Shown here piece by piece: positions 62,966-64,000 of a DNA stretch of 64,000 nucleotides. The stretch is from assembly GCF_963921235.1 (NCBI RefSeq), contig NC_086097.1, forward strand, positions 47,368,001 to 47,432,000, written 5' to 3'. This stretch comes from Mobula hypostoma (lineage: Eukaryota). Positions within the stretch are counted from its first letter, which is position 1. Each line of letters opens with the position of its first letter. Under the pieces are notes generated by a model. It had not been told where the DNA came from, did no database searches, and saw nothing but the letters and a program-made list of their open reading frames with translations. The position numbers were made by a program, and so were the translations under genes.

Positions 62966-63611
62966 TAGTTATTGTATCATCAGTGATGTAACCCATTATT
63001 TCTGCAATATTACTTTGCTGTATGAGATTACTCAGTCAGCTCCATCATGGGCACTAGCATCTGTAGCGTCCTGGACATCTTCAAGGAGCAATGCCTCAAA
63101 AAGGACCTACCCTCCCATCACCTAGGACATGCTCTCTTCTCATTGCTACCAACAGGAAGGTGGGACAGGAGCCTGAAGGTGCACACTCACCGATTCAGGA
63201 ACAGCTTCTTCCTCTCGCCATTGGTAAAGCAACTGTAGCTACCCATTTGGAAGTTTTGATAGCAAAATAGAGCCATGGTATGAAACGACTTTCAATTAAT
63301 TCTTCCTTTCCCAGAAACTTGAGTTCAAGAAATTAGTAATTTGGTCTTGGTCCAGTCTTCAACCACATCATACCTTGTGCCCAAATGTGCTAATGTGCTT
63401 GGATATGGTAGGCTCGCAAAGCTCTCCTGCCCTTAACAGACATCTCTTGAAGAATAGGTCCCATTCTAGGACATTACTTTTAAAAGGCTTTGAAGTGGTT
63501 TTAAATGTGTCGCAGAGAAGCACTTAACTACCAAATAGATGTAAATGATATAAAGTAGTAAAAACATGTCATCTATTTAATATGCTGCAGAATTATAGTA
63601 AGTAATTATAT

Positions 63612-63820
63612 GGGCTGGCCAGTGGTGTAGTGGTATTAGCGATGGACTTTGAGGCAGATGGTCCTGATTTTGAATCCAACCAGGTCTCAACCTGGGCCGC
63701 AGCGGTATCTGTGTGGAAGAGAGGCCTGGCAATCTACCTTCCGTATCTTGCCATGAAAACTCTATGGACAACTACATTATCCATGGGGTTGCCATGAGTT
63801 GATGAGAACTCAACGGCATT
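63612..63820 (+). mobile_element. tRNA-derived SINE with an RTE-like 3' tail
   Basis: tRNA-like head (gtggtgtagtggt...tttgaatcc) followed by ggcaatctacc...gtatcttgccatgaaaac...tccatggggttgccatgagttg. Confidence 0.55.
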
Positions 63821-64000
63821 CGAGTTGTCTACAATTAGGTGAATGGTATCTTAGGCATAAAGCTGACCCTTTGTTCTATCGCAGTTCTCCACTACTAGAT
63901 TCAATGAGTAGTTGAGTGGGAAGATTATGTGCTGGTAATGGAACAGCCTGCCACCCAGCTTCTCTTGGGCTTTTGCATTTGGACATGCTTGCATGGAGGG

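Overview
Eukaryotic (vertebrate) genomic DNA, most likely from a cartilaginous fish (shark/ray-type HE1/V-SINEs, CR1, Rex/Babar-like LINEs and Penelope elements; the taxon is inferred). The window holds the BAG5 gene (minus strand, single coding exon 4377-5723) head-to-head with a complete five-exon COA8/APOPT1 gene (plus strand, 12238-44521, 204 aa). A CpG island at about 48.8-49.5 kb is probably the KLC1 promoter and first exon, by synteny. The introns are filled with transposons: three Tc1 elements, mariner/Tc1 MITEs, a Harbinger derivative, a nested Gypsy stack, and a very young non-autonomous Gmr1-like LTR element with an intact Gag-protease ORF. Several Penelope-like elements carry minimal hammerhead ribozymes. 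The most unusual object is a near full-length HERO-type restriction-endonuclease retrotransposon (30811-34703). It is flanked by 100-bp terminal direct repeats, and its 3' UTR contains all strands of a hammerhead ribozyme in a rearranged (non-circularly permuted) order. There is one assembly gap (19422-19570).
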